From contig CAVQUL010000008.1 in assembly GCA_963716885.1 (NCBI GenBank), positions 36,551 through 100,550 on the forward strand: DNA of 64,000 nt, written 5' to 3'. This document shows, piece after piece, positions 23,280 through 35,678 of the stretch; position 1 is the stretch's first letter, and each line of letters starts with the position of its first letter. The translations under genes and the position numbers were made by a program. Source of the DNA: an uncultured Chitinophagaceae bacterium. Its GTDB lineage: Bacteria; Bacteroidota; Bacteroidia; Chitinophagales; Chitinophagaceae. Under the pieces are notes generated by a model. It saw nothing but the letters and a program-made list of their open reading frames with translations, did no database searches and was not told where the DNA came from.

Positions 23280-24389
23280 ATGACAAAAAAAATCATCTCT
23301 TGTGCAATAGTGTTATTAGCATTTAGTATTAGCAACTTTGCTCAGGAAACTCCAGATTCCTTAAAGAAGGAAGAAAAAAGAATCATCATTAAAAAATCTC
23401 CAAGAAGTAATTCATCTGATAAAAAAGTTATGATTATTGAACGAGATGAAAAGAATATTCACGATGATTCAGAAAGATTAGATGGCTTTAAAAAAGAAAA
23501 GAAAATTACAATTATGGTTGATGGTGATAAAGTAACTATCAATGGAAAGCCAGTAGAAAATTTATCAGAAAAAGAATTATCTGAATTAGATGTTGATGCC
23601 AATCATTTAGGAATGGTAGCACCATATTTGAAATATTCAAAAGGTATGAATCACTATAAATTTAAAGGCAATGGTCGAGCCCCAATAAATGGGCAAGACA
23701 TGGAATTTGAATTTTTTGGAGATATGAATGAACCTCAAAACAAAGCATTATTGGGAGTTGTTACTGATAAAGACGAGAAAGGTGCAAAAATTACCAGTGT
23801 ATCAAAAGAAAGTGCTGCTGAAAAAGCAGGGTTACAAAAAGATGATATCATTACTAAAGTGAATGAAGATGAAATTAAAACTAGTGATGATTTAGTTAAA
23901 GCTATTGGTAAATATAATCCAGAAGATAAAGTGAAGGTTGAATATATAAGAGATGGAAAATCCAAAACAACAACGTCCACTTTAACAAAAAATAACATGA
24001 AAACAGAAAAAGTTTTTCAATGGAATGATATGGATAAAATGGTACATGAAATGCCAAGAGCATTGGCTCCATTAAGTAGTACTAGAGGCTTTGGTGGAAT
24101 GATGATGGGTAAACCAAAATTAGGTTTAAAAGTTCAAGATGTAGAGGAAGGTGATGGAGTTAAAATTTTAGAGGTTGATGAAAACAGTGCTGCTGCAAAA
24201 GCAGGGTTACAAAAAGATGATATTCTAACTTCTATCAATGATGAAAATTGTAAAAATGTAGATGATTTAAGAGGCAAAACTAGAAGTTTAAAAGAAGGAG
24301 AAACTTATAAAGTATCTTTTACCAGAAAAGGTAAAAAACAAACTGCTGAAATTAAATTTCCAAAAAAATTAAAAACTGCAGATCTATAA
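23280..24389 (+). CDS. Secreted protein with two PDZ domains
   Basis: Signal peptide. The pattern AAEKAGLQKDDIIT / AAAKAGLQKDDILT occurs twice (PDZ carboxylate-loop regions). Confidence 0.7.
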   Translation: MTKKIISCAIVLLAFSISNFAQETPDSLKKEEKRIIIKKSPRSNSSDKKVMIIERDEKNIHDDSERLDGFKKEKKITIMVDGDKVTINGKPVENLSEKELSELDVDANHLGMVAPYLKYSKGMNHYKFKGNGRAPINGQDMEFEFFGDMNEPQNKALLGVVTDKDEKGAKITSVSKESAAEKAGLQKDDIITKVNEDEIKTSDDLVKAIGKYNPEDKVKVEYIRDGKSKTTTSTLTKNNMKTEKVFQWNDMDKMVHEMPRALAPLSSTRGFGGMMMGKPKLGLKVQDVEEGDGVKILEVDENSAAAKAGLQKDDILTSINDENCKNVDDLRGKTRSLKEGETYKVSFTRKGKKQTAEIKFPKKLKTADL

Positions 24390-24513
24390 ATCTTTTGTTA
24401 GGTTAAAGTGAATGGGTGTTGATGAATTAATAATTCATTCAGCACCTTTTCTTTTTATGGATGAGAATGAATAAATTTGCAGCTTGTAATAAAAATAAAA
24501 GGAGAGGAATATT

Positions 24514-25833
24514 ATGAAAGTAATGAAGTTTGGTGGTACTAGTGTTGGTAAACCTGAGAGAATGCAACAAGTAATTGATTTAGTTCTAGCTGAACCTGAA
24601 TCAAAAATTGTTGTTTTAAGTGCTTTAAGTGGTACTACTAACGCATTAATTGAGATTAGTCAATTGCTTTCTTCAGGTTATAAAGCTCCAGCTAAACAAA
24701 AAATAGATGATTTAGAAACAGTTTACAAAACATTTATTGATGAGTTATTAGAAACAAGAAGAGCAAAAGAAGATGCTAATAATATTATTGCAGAACATTT
24801 CGATTTTTTAAATATCATACTCCGAATTTCCTATAGTGAATCTTTAAATAAAGATATTCTAGCTCAAGGTGAATTATTAAGTACAAAATTATTTTGTGTT
24901 GCTTTAGGGGAACGACAAATTCATCATATCTTTTTATCAGCATTGGATTTCATGTGTATAGATGAAAATGAAGAACCTAGATTAGAACGAATTCAAAGAA
25001 GATTACAAGTAATCATGAAAGAATACCCAACTGAAACTCTTTTTGTAACACAAGGCTATATCTGCAGAAATGTAAGAGAAGAGGTTGATAATTTAAAACG
25101 TGGTGGAAGTGATTATACAGCTTCACTAATAGCAGCAGTAATAGAAGCAAGTGTTTGTGAAATTTGGACAGATATTGACGGCATGCATAACAACGACCCT
25201 CGAGTAGTTGAAAAAACAAAACCTATTGAAGTGTTGAGTTTTGATGAAGCTGCTGAGTTAGCATATTTTGGTGCAAAAATTTTACATCCAACCTGTATTT
25301 GGCCTACTCAACAAAAAAATGTTCCAGTAAAATTATTAAATACCATGCAACCCAAAGCTGCAGGAACTGTAATTCAACAGTCTGCTGGAAGTGTTGGTGT
25401 TAAAGCTATTGCAGCTAAAGATGATATTATTGCTATTAAAATTAAAAGTAGTAGAATGCTTTTAGCACATGGTTTTTTAAGAAAGATTTTTGAAGTATTT
25501 GAGAAATATAAAACTTCAATTGACATGGTTACAACCAGTGAAGTTGCTGTTGCTGTTACGATTGATAATGATGCTAGATTAAAAGAAATTATAATAGAAT
25601 TAGAACAATTTGGAAGTGTAGAAGTTTTAAATAATCAAACCATTGTTTCAATAGTTGGAAACGAAATTTCAAAAACAGAACATGTATTAACCACACTTTT
25701 TAATGCAATTAAAACTATACCAATTACAATGGTTAATTATGGAGGAAGTGCACATAATATTTCTTTACTCATTCCTTCTGGATATAAAAAAGAAACATTG
25801 CAATTATTGAATAAAGGATTGTTTAATCTTTAA
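24514..25833 (+). CDS. lysC: Aspartate kinase
   Basis: MKFGGTSVG start, 439 aa, C-terminal ACT-like region. Confidence 0.9.
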   Translation: MKVMKFGGTSVGKPERMQQVIDLVLAEPESKIVVLSALSGTTNALIEISQLLSSGYKAPAKQKIDDLETVYKTFIDELLETRRAKEDANNIIAEHFDFLNIILRISYSESLNKDILAQGELLSTKLFCVALGERQIHHIFLSALDFMCIDENEEPRLERIQRRLQVIMKEYPTETLFVTQGYICRNVREEVDNLKRGGSDYTASLIAAVIEASVCEIWTDIDGMHNNDPRVVEKTKPIEVLSFDEAAELAYFGAKILHPTCIWPTQQKNVPVKLLNTMQPKAAGTVIQQSAGSVGVKAIAAKDDIIAIKIKSSRMLLAHGFLRKIFEVFEKYKTSIDMVTTSEVAVAVTIDNDARLKEIIIELEQFGSVEVLNNQTIVSIVGNEISKTEHVLTTLFNAIKTIPITMVNYGGSAHNISLLIPSGYKKETLQLLNKGLFNL

Positions 25834-27525
25834 TAGCCTGCAACTGAATCATCACCTCTTTTATCAGCAACTGCTTCAATTTTTTTATTGTTGATTTTGA
25901 GTAATTCAACTCTGCCAATGGCATCTCTTTGTTTTATTATGGTAACCCATTTGTTTTAATTGTTCAATAGTTGAATTATTAAATCCTTTTTCAACATAAC
26001 ACTTCATCTGGTAACCATTGATGATGAAATTTTGGAAGATTAACAGCATCAACAGCAGATAAATTAAAATCAATAATATTTACGATAGATTGAAAAACTG
26101 AAGTTGGAATGGTTGTTCCACCAGGAGTACCCACCACTAAAAATGGTTTTTTATTTTTTAAAACTAATGTTGGTGTCATGCTACTCAACATTCTTTTATT
26201 AGGTTCAATGGAATTGGCTTTACCACCAATTGCTCCATACATATTAGGAACTCCTGGTTTAATACTAAAATCATCCATTTCATTATTTAATAAAAAACCT
26301 GCACCCTCAACAACAGTCATGGAGCCATAAGAATCATTTAATGTGGTAGTAATAGCAACCATATTTCCTTCTTTATCTACAATACTAATATGTGTAGTTT
26401 CTTCACTTTCTTTTATTGAACCAGGATTGATATTTTTACTTACCGATGCTTTAGTACTATCATAATCTTTCATTCTTTCTTTTAAATATTTTTCACTGAT
26501 TAAAGTTTTCAATGGTACTTTATAAAAATCAGGATCTCCCATGTGTTCAGCTCTATCTGCATAAGCCCTTCTTTCAGCTTCAATCATTAATTGAACACTC
26601 TTAGTTGTACCATATTTCTTTTCTGATAATTTTCTTTCTTCAACCATTTTCAAAAGTTGTGCAACAATAATTCCACCACTGCTTGGAGGAGGCATTCCAA
26701 CAATTTCATATCCTTTATATTTTGTAACTAAAGGTATTCTCCAAACAGCTTTGTAATTTTTTAAATCTTCTTTGGAGATGATACCATTTCCTTTCTTCAT
26801 TTCAGCAACAATAAAATCAGCAGTTTCACCTTCATAAAATCCTTTCTTTCCAAAATCTCTAATTCTTTTTAAAGTATTTGCAAGTTCTGTTTGTATTAAT
26901 GTGTCACCTTTTATCCAATTAGTTTTTTGTTGAAAGGCAGTTTTGTGATGATTATTTTTAATAAAATCATCAGAAAGCTTATTTAAACTATTAGCTTCTC
27001 TTTCTGTTAATGAAAAACCTTTTTCAGCCAAATCAATCGCCGGTTGAATTAATTTTTTAAAAGGCAGTTTTGCATAAGGCAATATTTCAAAAATTCCTGC
27101 TATTGTTCCTGGAACACCAGATGCTAATGCTCCATTTTGAGATTTTTCTAAAATTGGATTTTCTTTTTCATCCCAATACATTTGTTCAAAAGCATTGCTA
27201 GGTGCTTTTTCTCTATAATCTAAAGCTAAAAATTTTTTTGCTGTTTTTGCAACCATAAAACCACCACCTCCAATATTTCCTGCAGCAGGATAAACAACTG
27301 CCAATACTATTTGCGTGGTTATAGCTGCATCAAATGCATTACCACCTTCTTGCATCATTTTTACTCCATACATTGATGCTAATGCATGTGCAGAAGCAAC
27401 TGAACCATTGCTATAAAAATTTGATTTAGTTATAGAATAATTAAAAGGATCAATGGTTAGATTCTTCTGACCCCATAAATTAAAACAAATGAATAAGGCT
27501 AAAAAAAATGAAAATTTCTTCATGA
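25830..27525 (-). pseudogene. ggt: Gamma-glutamyltransferase; C-terminal ~55 codons in other frames
   Basis: Signal peptide MKKFSFFLALF, catalytic TTHISIVDKEGNMVA. After the ORF end at 25991, shifted frames give ...AIGRVELLKINNKKIEAVADKRGDDSVAGY with stop complement 25830-25832. Confidence 0.85.
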
Positions 27526-27606
27526 ATAATAAATTGAACAATAAAGTAAATGCAAATAATAATTGCAAACATTACATTTGCAACAATCATAATTAAAGTT
27601 AAAAAT

Positions 27607-28837
27607 ATGGCAGAAAAAATTAAAGTAGTCAATCCTGTTGTTGAATTAGATGGTGATGAAATGACACGAATCATTTGGAAGTTTATTAAAGACAAATTGA
27701 TTCTTCCTTATCTAGAATTAGATATTAAATATTACGATTTGGGTATGGAATATCGTGATGAAACCAACGATCAAGTTACAGTTGATGCTGCAAATGCAAT
27801 TAAAAAATATGGTGTTGGAATTAAATGTGCAACAATTACTCCTGATGAAGAAAGAGTTGAAGAATTTAAGTTAAAACAAATGTGGAAGAGCCCAAATGGA
27901 ACCATTCGTAATATTTTAGATGGAACTGTTTTTCGTGAACCAATTGTTTGTAAAAATGTTCCTCGTTTAGTTCCAAACTGGACTGCACCAATTTGTATTG
28001 GTCGTCATGCTTTTGGTGATCAATACCGTGCAACAGATTTTGTGACAAAAGGAAAAGGAAAATTAACTATTAAGTTTGAAGGTGAAGATGGAACTGCTCA
28101 AGAATTTGAAGTATATAATTTTAAAGGTGATGGTGTTGCATTGGCCATGTACAATACTGATGAAAGTATTTATGGTTTTGCTAGAAGTTGCTTTAATACT
28201 GCATTACAAAAGAAATGGCCTTTATATCTTTCAACAAAAAATACCATTCTTAAAAAATATGATGGACGATTTAAAGATATTTTTGAAGAAATTTATCAAA
28301 ACGAATTTAAAGCAAAATATGCTGAAGCTGGAATTACTTATGAACATCGTTTAATTGATGATATGGTTGCTACTGCTTTAAAATGGAATGGCAATTTTGT
28401 TTGGGCTTGTAAAAATTATGATGGTGATGTTCAAAGTGATACAGTTGCACAAGGTTTTGGTTCCTTAGGTTTAATGACTTCAACTTTAGTTACACCTGAT
28501 GGAAAAATAATGGAAGCTGAAGCTGCTCATGGAACAGTTACTCGTCATTATCGTGAACACCAAAAAGGAAAACCAACTTCAACAAATCCAATTGCATCAA
28601 TTTTTGCATGGACAAGAGGCTTGGAGTTTCGAGGTAAATTAGATGACAATCAAGAATTAATTAATTTCTGTCATGCTCTTAGAACAAGTTTGTATTGAAA
28701 CTGTTGAAAGTGGTAAAATGACAAAAGATTTAGCAGTTTGTATTCATGGTAATAAAGTAAATCATGGAGAACATTATTTATATACTGAAGAGTTTTTAGA
28801 AGCTTTAGATACTAATTTGAAATCTAAACTGGGTTAA
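27607..28837 (+). pseudogene. icd: NADP-dependent isocitrate dehydrogenase (dimeric eukaryote-like type); frame broken once near 28680
   Basis: [24 protein letters not shown] start. After the break the frame continues ...[23 protein letters not shown]...KSKLG, stop 28835-28837. Confidence 0.9.
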
Positions 28838-28860
28838 CAAATTCTTATAAAATAATTTTT

Positions 28861-28890
28861 AGCCACTGCATTTGCAGTGGCTTTCTTATT
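28861..28890 (+). terminator. Rho-independent terminator after icd
   Basis: AGCCACTGCA (28861-28870) / TGCAGTGGCT (28873-28882), followed by a T-rich tract. Confidence 0.7.
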
Positions 28891-28993
28891 CTTAGAATAT
28901 TATTTTCCACATTAAACAAAATCTATAACAGAACATTTACATTGCAGCAAGTTCAATTAAAGTATATTTCAAAAATTGAAGTGAAGAAAGATT

Positions 28994-30868
28994 ATGGCAC
29001 AATCAAATTATACAGAAGCAGATATTAAAAGCCTCGATTGGAAAGAACATATTCGTTTACGTCCAGGTATGTACATTGGTAAATTAGGTGATGGTTCTGC
29101 AGCTGATGATGGTATTTATGTTTTAATTAAAGAAGTAATTGATAACTGTATTGATGAACATACTATGGGTTATGGAAGACATGTAGATGTTACTTTAACT
29201 CAAAAAACTGTTACTATTCGAGATTATGGTCGAGGCATTCCTTTAGGAAAAGTTGTTGATGTAGTGAGTAAAATTAATACAGGTGCAAAGTACGATAGCA
29301 AAGCATTTCAGAAAAGTGTGGGATTAAATGGAGTTGGTACAAAAGCTGTAAATGCATTAAGTAGTTATTTTAAAGTAGAAAGTTTTAGAGAAGGTAAAGC
29401 AAAAGTTGCAGAGTTTGAACGAGGTGTTTTAACTCAAGAATTTAAAGAAACAAAAACTACATGAAGAAAATGGAACTTTAGTAACTTTTATTCCAGACGA
29501 AAAAATCTTTCACAATTATCAATTTTTCCATGAATATTTAGATAATCAGTTTTGGAATTATTGTTATTTAAATGCAGGATTAGTCATGAACTTTAATAAC
29601 AAACGTTATGTAAGTAAGAATGGATTATTAGATTTATTGAAAAGAAAAACTAATGAAGAAGAACTGAGATATCCTATCATTCATTTAAAAGGAGAGGATA
29701 TTGAAGTGGCTTTTAGTCATAATAACGATTATGGAGAAGATATTTTTTCTTTTGTAAATGGTCAATACACAACTCAAGGTGGTACGCATCATCAAGCATT
29801 TAGAGAAGGATTTGTAAAAGTGATTCGTGATTTTTATAAGAAGGATTATGATGTTGCTGATATTCGTCAAAGTATTGTTGCAGCAGTAAGTGTAAGGGTT
29901 CAAGAACCTGTTTTTGAAAGTCAGACTAAAACCAAATTAGGTTCAAGTGTGGTGTTTGAAGAATGGACCAAGTATGAAGAAGTTTATTGAAGATTTCTTA
30001 GCTAAAGAATTAGATAATTTTCTTCACAGAAATACAACCATTGCAGATGCTTTAAAAAAGAGAATTGAACAAAGTGAAAAAGAAAGAAAAGAACTTAGTG
30101 GTATTAGAAAATTAGCAAATGAACGTGCTAAAAAAGCTAATCTTCATAATAAAAAGTTGAGAGATTGCAGAATTCATTTAAACGATGATCCTCCTGCAAA
30201 AAACAAAGAAGATTTTAAAGCTTTACAACAAGAAAGTACCATTTTTATTACTGAAGGAGATAGTGCCAGTGGTTCTATTACTAAAGCAAGAAAAGTAGAT
30301 ACACAAGCTGTGTTTAGCTTACGTGGTAAAGCCTTTGAATTGTTTTGGTATGACTAAAAAAGTGGTGTACGAAAATGAAGAATTCAATCTATTGCAACAT
30401 GCTTTAAATATTGAAGATGGGTTAGAAGGTTTGCGTTACAAAAACATTGTAGTGGCTACAGATGCTGATGTTGATGGTATGCATATTCGTTTATTATTGA
30501 TGACTTTCTTTTTGCAATTCTTTCCAGATTTGGTAAAGCAGAATCATGTATTCATTTTAGAAACACCTTTATTTCGTGTAAGAAATAAGCAAGAAACTAT
30601 TTATTGTTACGATGAAAATGAGAAGCAAGATGCAGTTAAAAAACTAGGAAATAAACCTGAGATAACAAGGTTTAAAGGTTTGGGTGAAATTAGTCCTGAA
30701 GAATTTGAAAGATTTATTGCAGAAGACATGCGTTTACAACCAGTAATTTTAGAGCAAGGGGACAATATTCAAAAATTGTTAGAAGATTTTATGGGTAAGA
30801 ATACACCAAGCCGACAAGAATTTATCATCAAGAACTTAAAAGTAGAAAGAGATTTAGTTGAAAGTTAA
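28994..30868 (+). pseudogene. parE: DNA topoisomerase IV subunit B (type IIA topoisomerase B subunit); frame broken about 3 times
   Basis: Four consecutive ORFs together give [31 protein letters not shown] (Toprim) and DADVDGMHI. ~620 aa total and no GyrB-type C-terminal extension. Confidence 0.85.
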
Positions 30869-32129
30869 TGGAAAATTTATGAGAAGTACCAGCACATGGA
30901 TTATAGTAGCAGCAATTATGCTGTTGCTAGATTTTTATGTTTTTCAAGCATTAAAAACTGTAAGTCAGAACTCAAGTGATAGAACAAAAAATATTATTTT
31001 TTATTCTTATTGGACCATTTCAATTGCAACTATAATTTCCGTTCTTTTTTTCCCAAAACTACATTTACTTCAGACCTCTAAATTTTTTAGAAACTATGTA
31101 TTTGCCATTTTAGTTGGACTATTATTTGCAAAAATTATTGCTGCAATTTTCTTTTTATTTGATGATATAAGAAGAGCATTGATTTGGGCTATGCAAAAAC
31201 TCTTTTCTGTAACTGGAGCTCAATATATGCCAGAAGAAAATGGAATTTCTCGTTCAGTATTTTTAAGTTGGTTAGGATTAGGAATAGGCAGTTCTTTATT
31301 TGGAACTTTATTATTTGGTTTTAATAACAAGTACAATTATCAAATTAAAAAATTACAACTATCTTTTTCAAATCTTCCCAATGCATTTAAAGGCTTTAAA
31401 ATTATTCATATCAGTGATATTCATAGTGGTAGTTTTAATGACACAAAAGCTGTTCAACATGGTGTTGATTTAATCTTACAACAACAAGCAGACATTATTT
31501 TATTTACTGGAGATTTAGTGAATGATCGACACGATGAAATGAATGAATACATTTCAATTTTCAATCAATTAAAAGCTCCTTATGGTGTTTTCAGCACTTT
31601 AGGCAATCATGATTATGGAGATTATATTAAATGGGAAACAAAAGAAATGCTAAAATTGATAATCTTGAAAAACTAAAACAAATTGCAACAGGATATGGGT
31701 TGGAAATTGTTGATGAATGAACATGTAATTTTAGAAAAAGAAGAAGATAAAATTGCTTTAATTGGCATTGAAAATTGGAGCAACAAGGCTCGATTTCCTA
31801 AGTATGGAAAATTAAATGAAGCTTATAAGGGTACAGAAAAAATTCCTTTCAAAATATTAATGAGTCACGATCCTAGTCATTGGGATGCTGAAGTAAAACC
31901 AAATTATCCAGATATTAACCTCACACTTTCAGGTCATACACATGGAATGCAGTTTGGAGTTGAATTACCTTTCTTTAAATTTAGTCCAGTACAATGGGTG
32001 TATAAACAATGGGCAGGATTATATGAAGACGGCCAACAAAAAATAAATGTGAATCGTGGATTTGGGTTTATTGGTTATCCAGGTAGGGTAGGGATTTTGC
32101 CAGAAATTACAGTGATTGAATTAGTATAA
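30858..32129 (+). pseudogene. Membrane-anchored metallophosphoesterase (YkuE-like); frame broken once near 31676
   Basis: N-terminal TM helices, then IIHISDIHSG, FTGDLVND, GNHDYG in ORF 1 and SGHTHG in ORF 2. The true start may be M at 30879. Confidence 0.75.
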
Positions 32130-32130
32130 A

Positions 32131-33429
32131 CTATTCATAGAACTTACCATTAATCATCACTTTATCAATTAAGTTTTCTCCAAAGCTATAAGGTATATAA
32201 GCTAATGATGGTATAGGTTTCGTGAAAATAAGGTTGGCTAATTTTCCTTTTGTAATGCTGCCTAAATCATGTTCAACTTCCATGGCATAAGCACCATTTA
32301 GTGTTGATGCATTAATGACTTCTTCTGGTAACATTTTCATTTGAATACATGAGATAGCATTTACTAAATTCATGTTGCCACTTGGACTAGATCCAGGATT
32401 AAAATCACTTGCTAAAGCAATGGCACAACCAGCATCAATTAATTGTCTTGCTGGTTGAAATTGCATTCTTAAAAAGAAAGCAGCAGTTGGTAACAGTGTT
32501 CCAATGGTATTTGAGTTTGCTAAAGATTGAATAGAATTAATATCCATAGTTTCTAAATGATCTACAGAAATTGCATTGAGTTTTACTCCTAATTCTACTC
32601 CACCTGAAACGTGTAATTGATTGGCATGAATTTTAACTTTTAAGCCTTTTCCCATTCCAGCCAAACAAACTTCTTCTGTTTGTTCAACAGTAAAAAAACC
32701 TTCTTCACAAAATGCATCAATATAATCGGCTAATTGTTCTTGTTCAATTGCAGGTAGCATTTCATTGATGATTAAATCTATATAAGCTTGTTTATTTTCT
32801 TTGTATGCTACTGGAAAAGCATGAGCTCCTAAAAAGGTTGATTTAATAGGAATAGGAAAAGTTTCTTTCAATCTTTTAATTACTCTCAACATTTTTAGTT
32901 CAGCCTCTACAGATAAGCCATAACCACTTTTAATTTCTATAGCACCTGTTCCTAGTTTAATTAATTTTCTTAATCTTTCAGCAGCTAATTCATATAAATC
33001 ATTTTCATTTGTTTGTTGAAGTTTATTTGCAGAATTTAAAATACCTCCTCCTTTTGCTGCAATTTCAGCATAAGTTAATCCTTTTAATTTATCAACAAAT
33101 TCACTTTCTCTGCTTGCAGCAAAAACTAAGTGAGTATGACTATCACAATATGTTGGAAGAATTGTTGCACCAGCTGCATCTATAACTTTTAAGGTCTCTC
33201 GTTTCTCGTTTAATTCGTTTCTCGTTTTGCTTTCATCATTTAATATTCCTTGTTCAATATTCGTTATATCTAGTTCTTCCATCTTACCATAACTCTCAAT
33301 TCTATCATCTTTAATAAAAAGAAAAGCATTTTCTATAATGGGAAGATCTGCTAAAGCTTTACCTCTTAATAATGAATGTTGTTCTCTAACATTCACTAAT
33401 TGTTTGATATTTGTAATGAGTGTATTCAT
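32131..33429 (-). CDS. hutI: Imidazolonepropionase
   Basis: YCDSHTHLVFA metal-binding motif, amidohydrolase layout, ~430 aa. Confidence 0.8.
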   Translation of the reverse strand: MNTLITNIKQLVNVREQHSLLRGKALADLPIIENAFLFIKDDRIESYGKMEELDITNIEQGILNDESKTRNELNEKRETLKVIDAAGATILPTYCDSHTHLVFAASRESEFVDKLKGLTYAEIAAKGGGILNSANKLQQTNENDLYELAAERLRKLIKLGTGAIEIKSGYGLSVEAELKMLRVIKRLKETFPIPIKSTFLGAHAFPVAYKENKQAYIDLIINEMLPAIEQEQLADYIDAFCEEGFFTVEQTEEVCLAGMGKGLKVKIHANQLHVSGGVELGVKLNAISVDHLETMDINSIQSLANSNTIGTLLPTAAFFLRMQFQPARQLIDAGCAIALASDFNPGSSPSGNMNLVNAISCIQMKMLPEEVINASTLNGAYAMEVEHDLGSITKGKLANLIFTKPIPSLAYIPYSFGENLIDKVMINGKFYE

Positions 33430-33473
33430 GAAAATTTATAATGAACAAAATTAAAGTTTAAATATTCAAAGCA

Positions 33474-34160
33474 ATGGTTTGTGTTGTTAGTGTAATTAAA
33501 TATCCTAAATATCTTGGATTCTTTGGAGTGTTATCTATGGCATTATTTCACTTTCCTCTTTTTTTTAATAAAGAAATTAGCTTTTATAAATTGATGGGAA
33601 CTGGGAAAAATGGAAGTTTTGACATTCATCCAGATTGGAATCAATGGGCAGTTCTAATAATTTTAAATGATGAATTATGGATGATGAATGAAGAAATAAA
33701 AAAAGTTAGACTGCAAACCATTAATGGAACATTCATCAACTCATATTTAAAACTCTTTAACTGTAAAACTGAAACAATCATTCTTAAACCAATATCATCT
33801 CATGGCACTTGGGATAACAAAAACTGTTTTGGAGATTTGCACAAAATTGAAAGCAATATTGAAGGTAAAATTGCAGTATTAACCAGAGCAACTATACGAC
33901 TAAAAAAGGTGAAATCTTTTTGGAAAAATGTGCCTTTAGTTAATGATAAAATGAGTGAGAATAAAGGATTGATTTATTCTATTGGGATGGGTGAAATTCC
34001 ATTTATTAAACAAGCTACATTAAGTATTTGGCAAGATATTGAAAGCATGAAAAACTTTGCATACCAACAAAAAGAACATGTTGATGTGATTCAAAAAACA
34101 AGAAAAGAAAATTGGTATTCCGAAGAAATGTTTACCCGATTTGAAGTACTAGAAAATTAA
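33474..34160 (+). CDS. CrtA-family (spheroidene monooxygenase-like) protein; possible carotenoid oxygenase/hydroxylase
   Basis: From memory of CrtA: SFYKLMGTGKNGSFDIHPDWNQWAVL, IAVLTRATIRLKKVKSFWK and GEIPFIKQATLSIWQDIESMKNFAY...ENWYSEEMFTRFEVL parallel CrtA blocks. Needs a real alignment. Confidence 0.5.
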   Translation: MVCVVSVIKYPKYLGFFGVLSMALFHFPLFFNKEISFYKLMGTGKNGSFDIHPDWNQWAVLIILNDELWMMNEEIKKVRLQTINGTFINSYLKLFNCKTETIILKPISSHGTWDNKNCFGDLHKIESNIEGKIAVLTRATIRLKKVKSFWKNVPLVNDKMSENKGLIYSIGMGEIPFIKQATLSIWQDIESMKNFAYQQKEHVDVIQKTRKENWYSEEMFTRFEVLEN

Positions 34161-34161
34161 T

Positions 34162-35628
34162 TTATTTAGACTTTAACCATTGTTCAGGGTTAACAAATTT
34201 GCTACTGCCATTCATTACTCTAAATTCAATTTCACCTTCGCCACCATCACCAACGGCAGCTTTACCAATTAATTCTCCTGCATTTAATTTTTGTCCTTTG
34301 CTAACATGAACTTCAGAAAGTCTATTGTACACTGTTACATATTTACCATGACGAACGGTAACGAATTTATATTCATCTAAGTTTTGAACTGACGAAACAA
34401 CTCCATCAGCAACTGATTTAACACTTGTTCCTATAGGTAAGCAAATAAATAATCCATCTCTTTCAACAGTCATAGAAGCAGAAAGTTTTTCAATACCAAA
34501 TTTTCCACAAACTACACCAGTACTAACAGGCCAAGGTAAACGACCTTTATTTGATTCAAAATCTATCGATAGTTTTAAACCTTCAGTAGTACTTTCAAAT
34601 ACGTTATAATCTCTTACTTTCCCATCTACAGTTGTTGGAGATTTTGTTGTTGTTTCATTATAATTTGATGATTCTTGTTCAGCTTTTTTTGCAATATCAA
34701 CAGCTTTTCTTGCTTTTTCTTCTGCTGCAATTCTTTCACTTTCATCAGCCTTTGCTTTTGCAGCTAATTCAGCTTTTGCTTTATCTGCTGCAAGTTTTGT
34801 AGCTGCTGCTTCAGCTTCAAGTTGTTTACGTTTTGCATCTTCTACAGCTTTTATTTTTGCAAGCCTTTCTTTTTCTCTTTTTTCAGCTTCAAGAGTTTCT
34901 TTTCTTATAGCTGCAGCAATGGCATTATTAATTTCTCTACGTTGCTTTTCTCGTTTAGAAATTTGAGCATTTATTTCTTTTTCTTGACCTTTTAAATTTT
35001 TAACAACTTTGTCTTTCTCTTGTTTGTCTTGCTCTAAAACTTGTAATTGTTCGTTCTGACTAACTAATGCACCTTTTTTGTCGAGTTTAGTTACATTGAG
35101 TTGTTCAATATTTTTTTGTAATACGTTTTGAGTATTTACAATGGTATTGGCTTCATCTTCCCTCATTTTTCTGTAACCTTTCAAATAACTAATTCTTTTA
35201 ATGGCATCATTGAATGATTTAGCAGAAAAAAGAAAATTCAAGAATTGATAATTATTCTGATTTTTATAAGCATAAATGATGCTTTGAGCATATTTCTTTT
35301 TAAGTGTATCAAGCTGTCTTCGTAAACGATAAATTTCAATTTGTTTTAAATATAAGTCATCATCTAATCTTTTTAATTCTTTATTAATATTGTTCACTAG
35401 TCTTTCTCTTGCATCAATTTTATTATTGATGTATGACATGATTTTGAGAACCTTGGTTTTATCATTTTTAATTTTATTCAAATTGGCATTTAAATCATCA
35501 ATTTCTTTCTGAATTTGTTGCTTTTGTTTATTTAAATCTTCTCTACTAGTTTGTTGTGCACATAACATAAATGGCAAGCAAAAAACTAGAATAATGATAA
35601 TAATATTTTTTTTCAAATGATTCATCAA
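34162..35628 (-). CDS. Coiled-coil M23/LytM peptidase (EnvC-like murein hydrolase activator)
   Basis: Signal peptide, long K/E/A-rich coiled coil, C-terminal LytM-type region (...VTVRHGKYVTVYNRLSEVHVSKGQKLNAGELIGK...). Confidence 0.8.
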   Translation of the reverse strand: MMNHLKKNIIIIILVFCLPFMLCAQQTSREDLNKQKQQIQKEIDDLNANLNKIKNDKTKVLKIMSYINNKIDARERLVNNINKELKRLDDDLYLKQIEIYRLRRQLDTLKKKYAQSIIYAYKNQNNYQFLNFLFSAKSFNDAIKRISYLKGYRKMREDEANTIVNTQNVLQKNIEQLNVTKLDKKGALVSQNEQLQVLEQDKQEKDKVVKNLKGQEKEINAQISKREKQRREINNAIAAAIRKETLEAEKREKERLAKIKAVEDAKRKQLEAEAAATKLAADKAKAELAAKAKADESERIAAEEKARKAVDIAKKAEQESSNYNETTTKSPTTVDGKVRDYNVFESTTEGLKLSIDFESNKGRLPWPVSTGVVCGKFGIEKLSASMTVERDGLFICLPIGTSVKSVADGVVSSVQNLDEYKFVTVRHGKYVTVYNRLSEVHVSKGQKLNAGELIGKAAVGDGGEGEIEFRVMNGSSKFVNPEQWLKSK

Positions 35629-35678
35629 CTTGGCAAAATGATTTTAATTAATTAAGTAACGATTTTTTAATGTTTAAA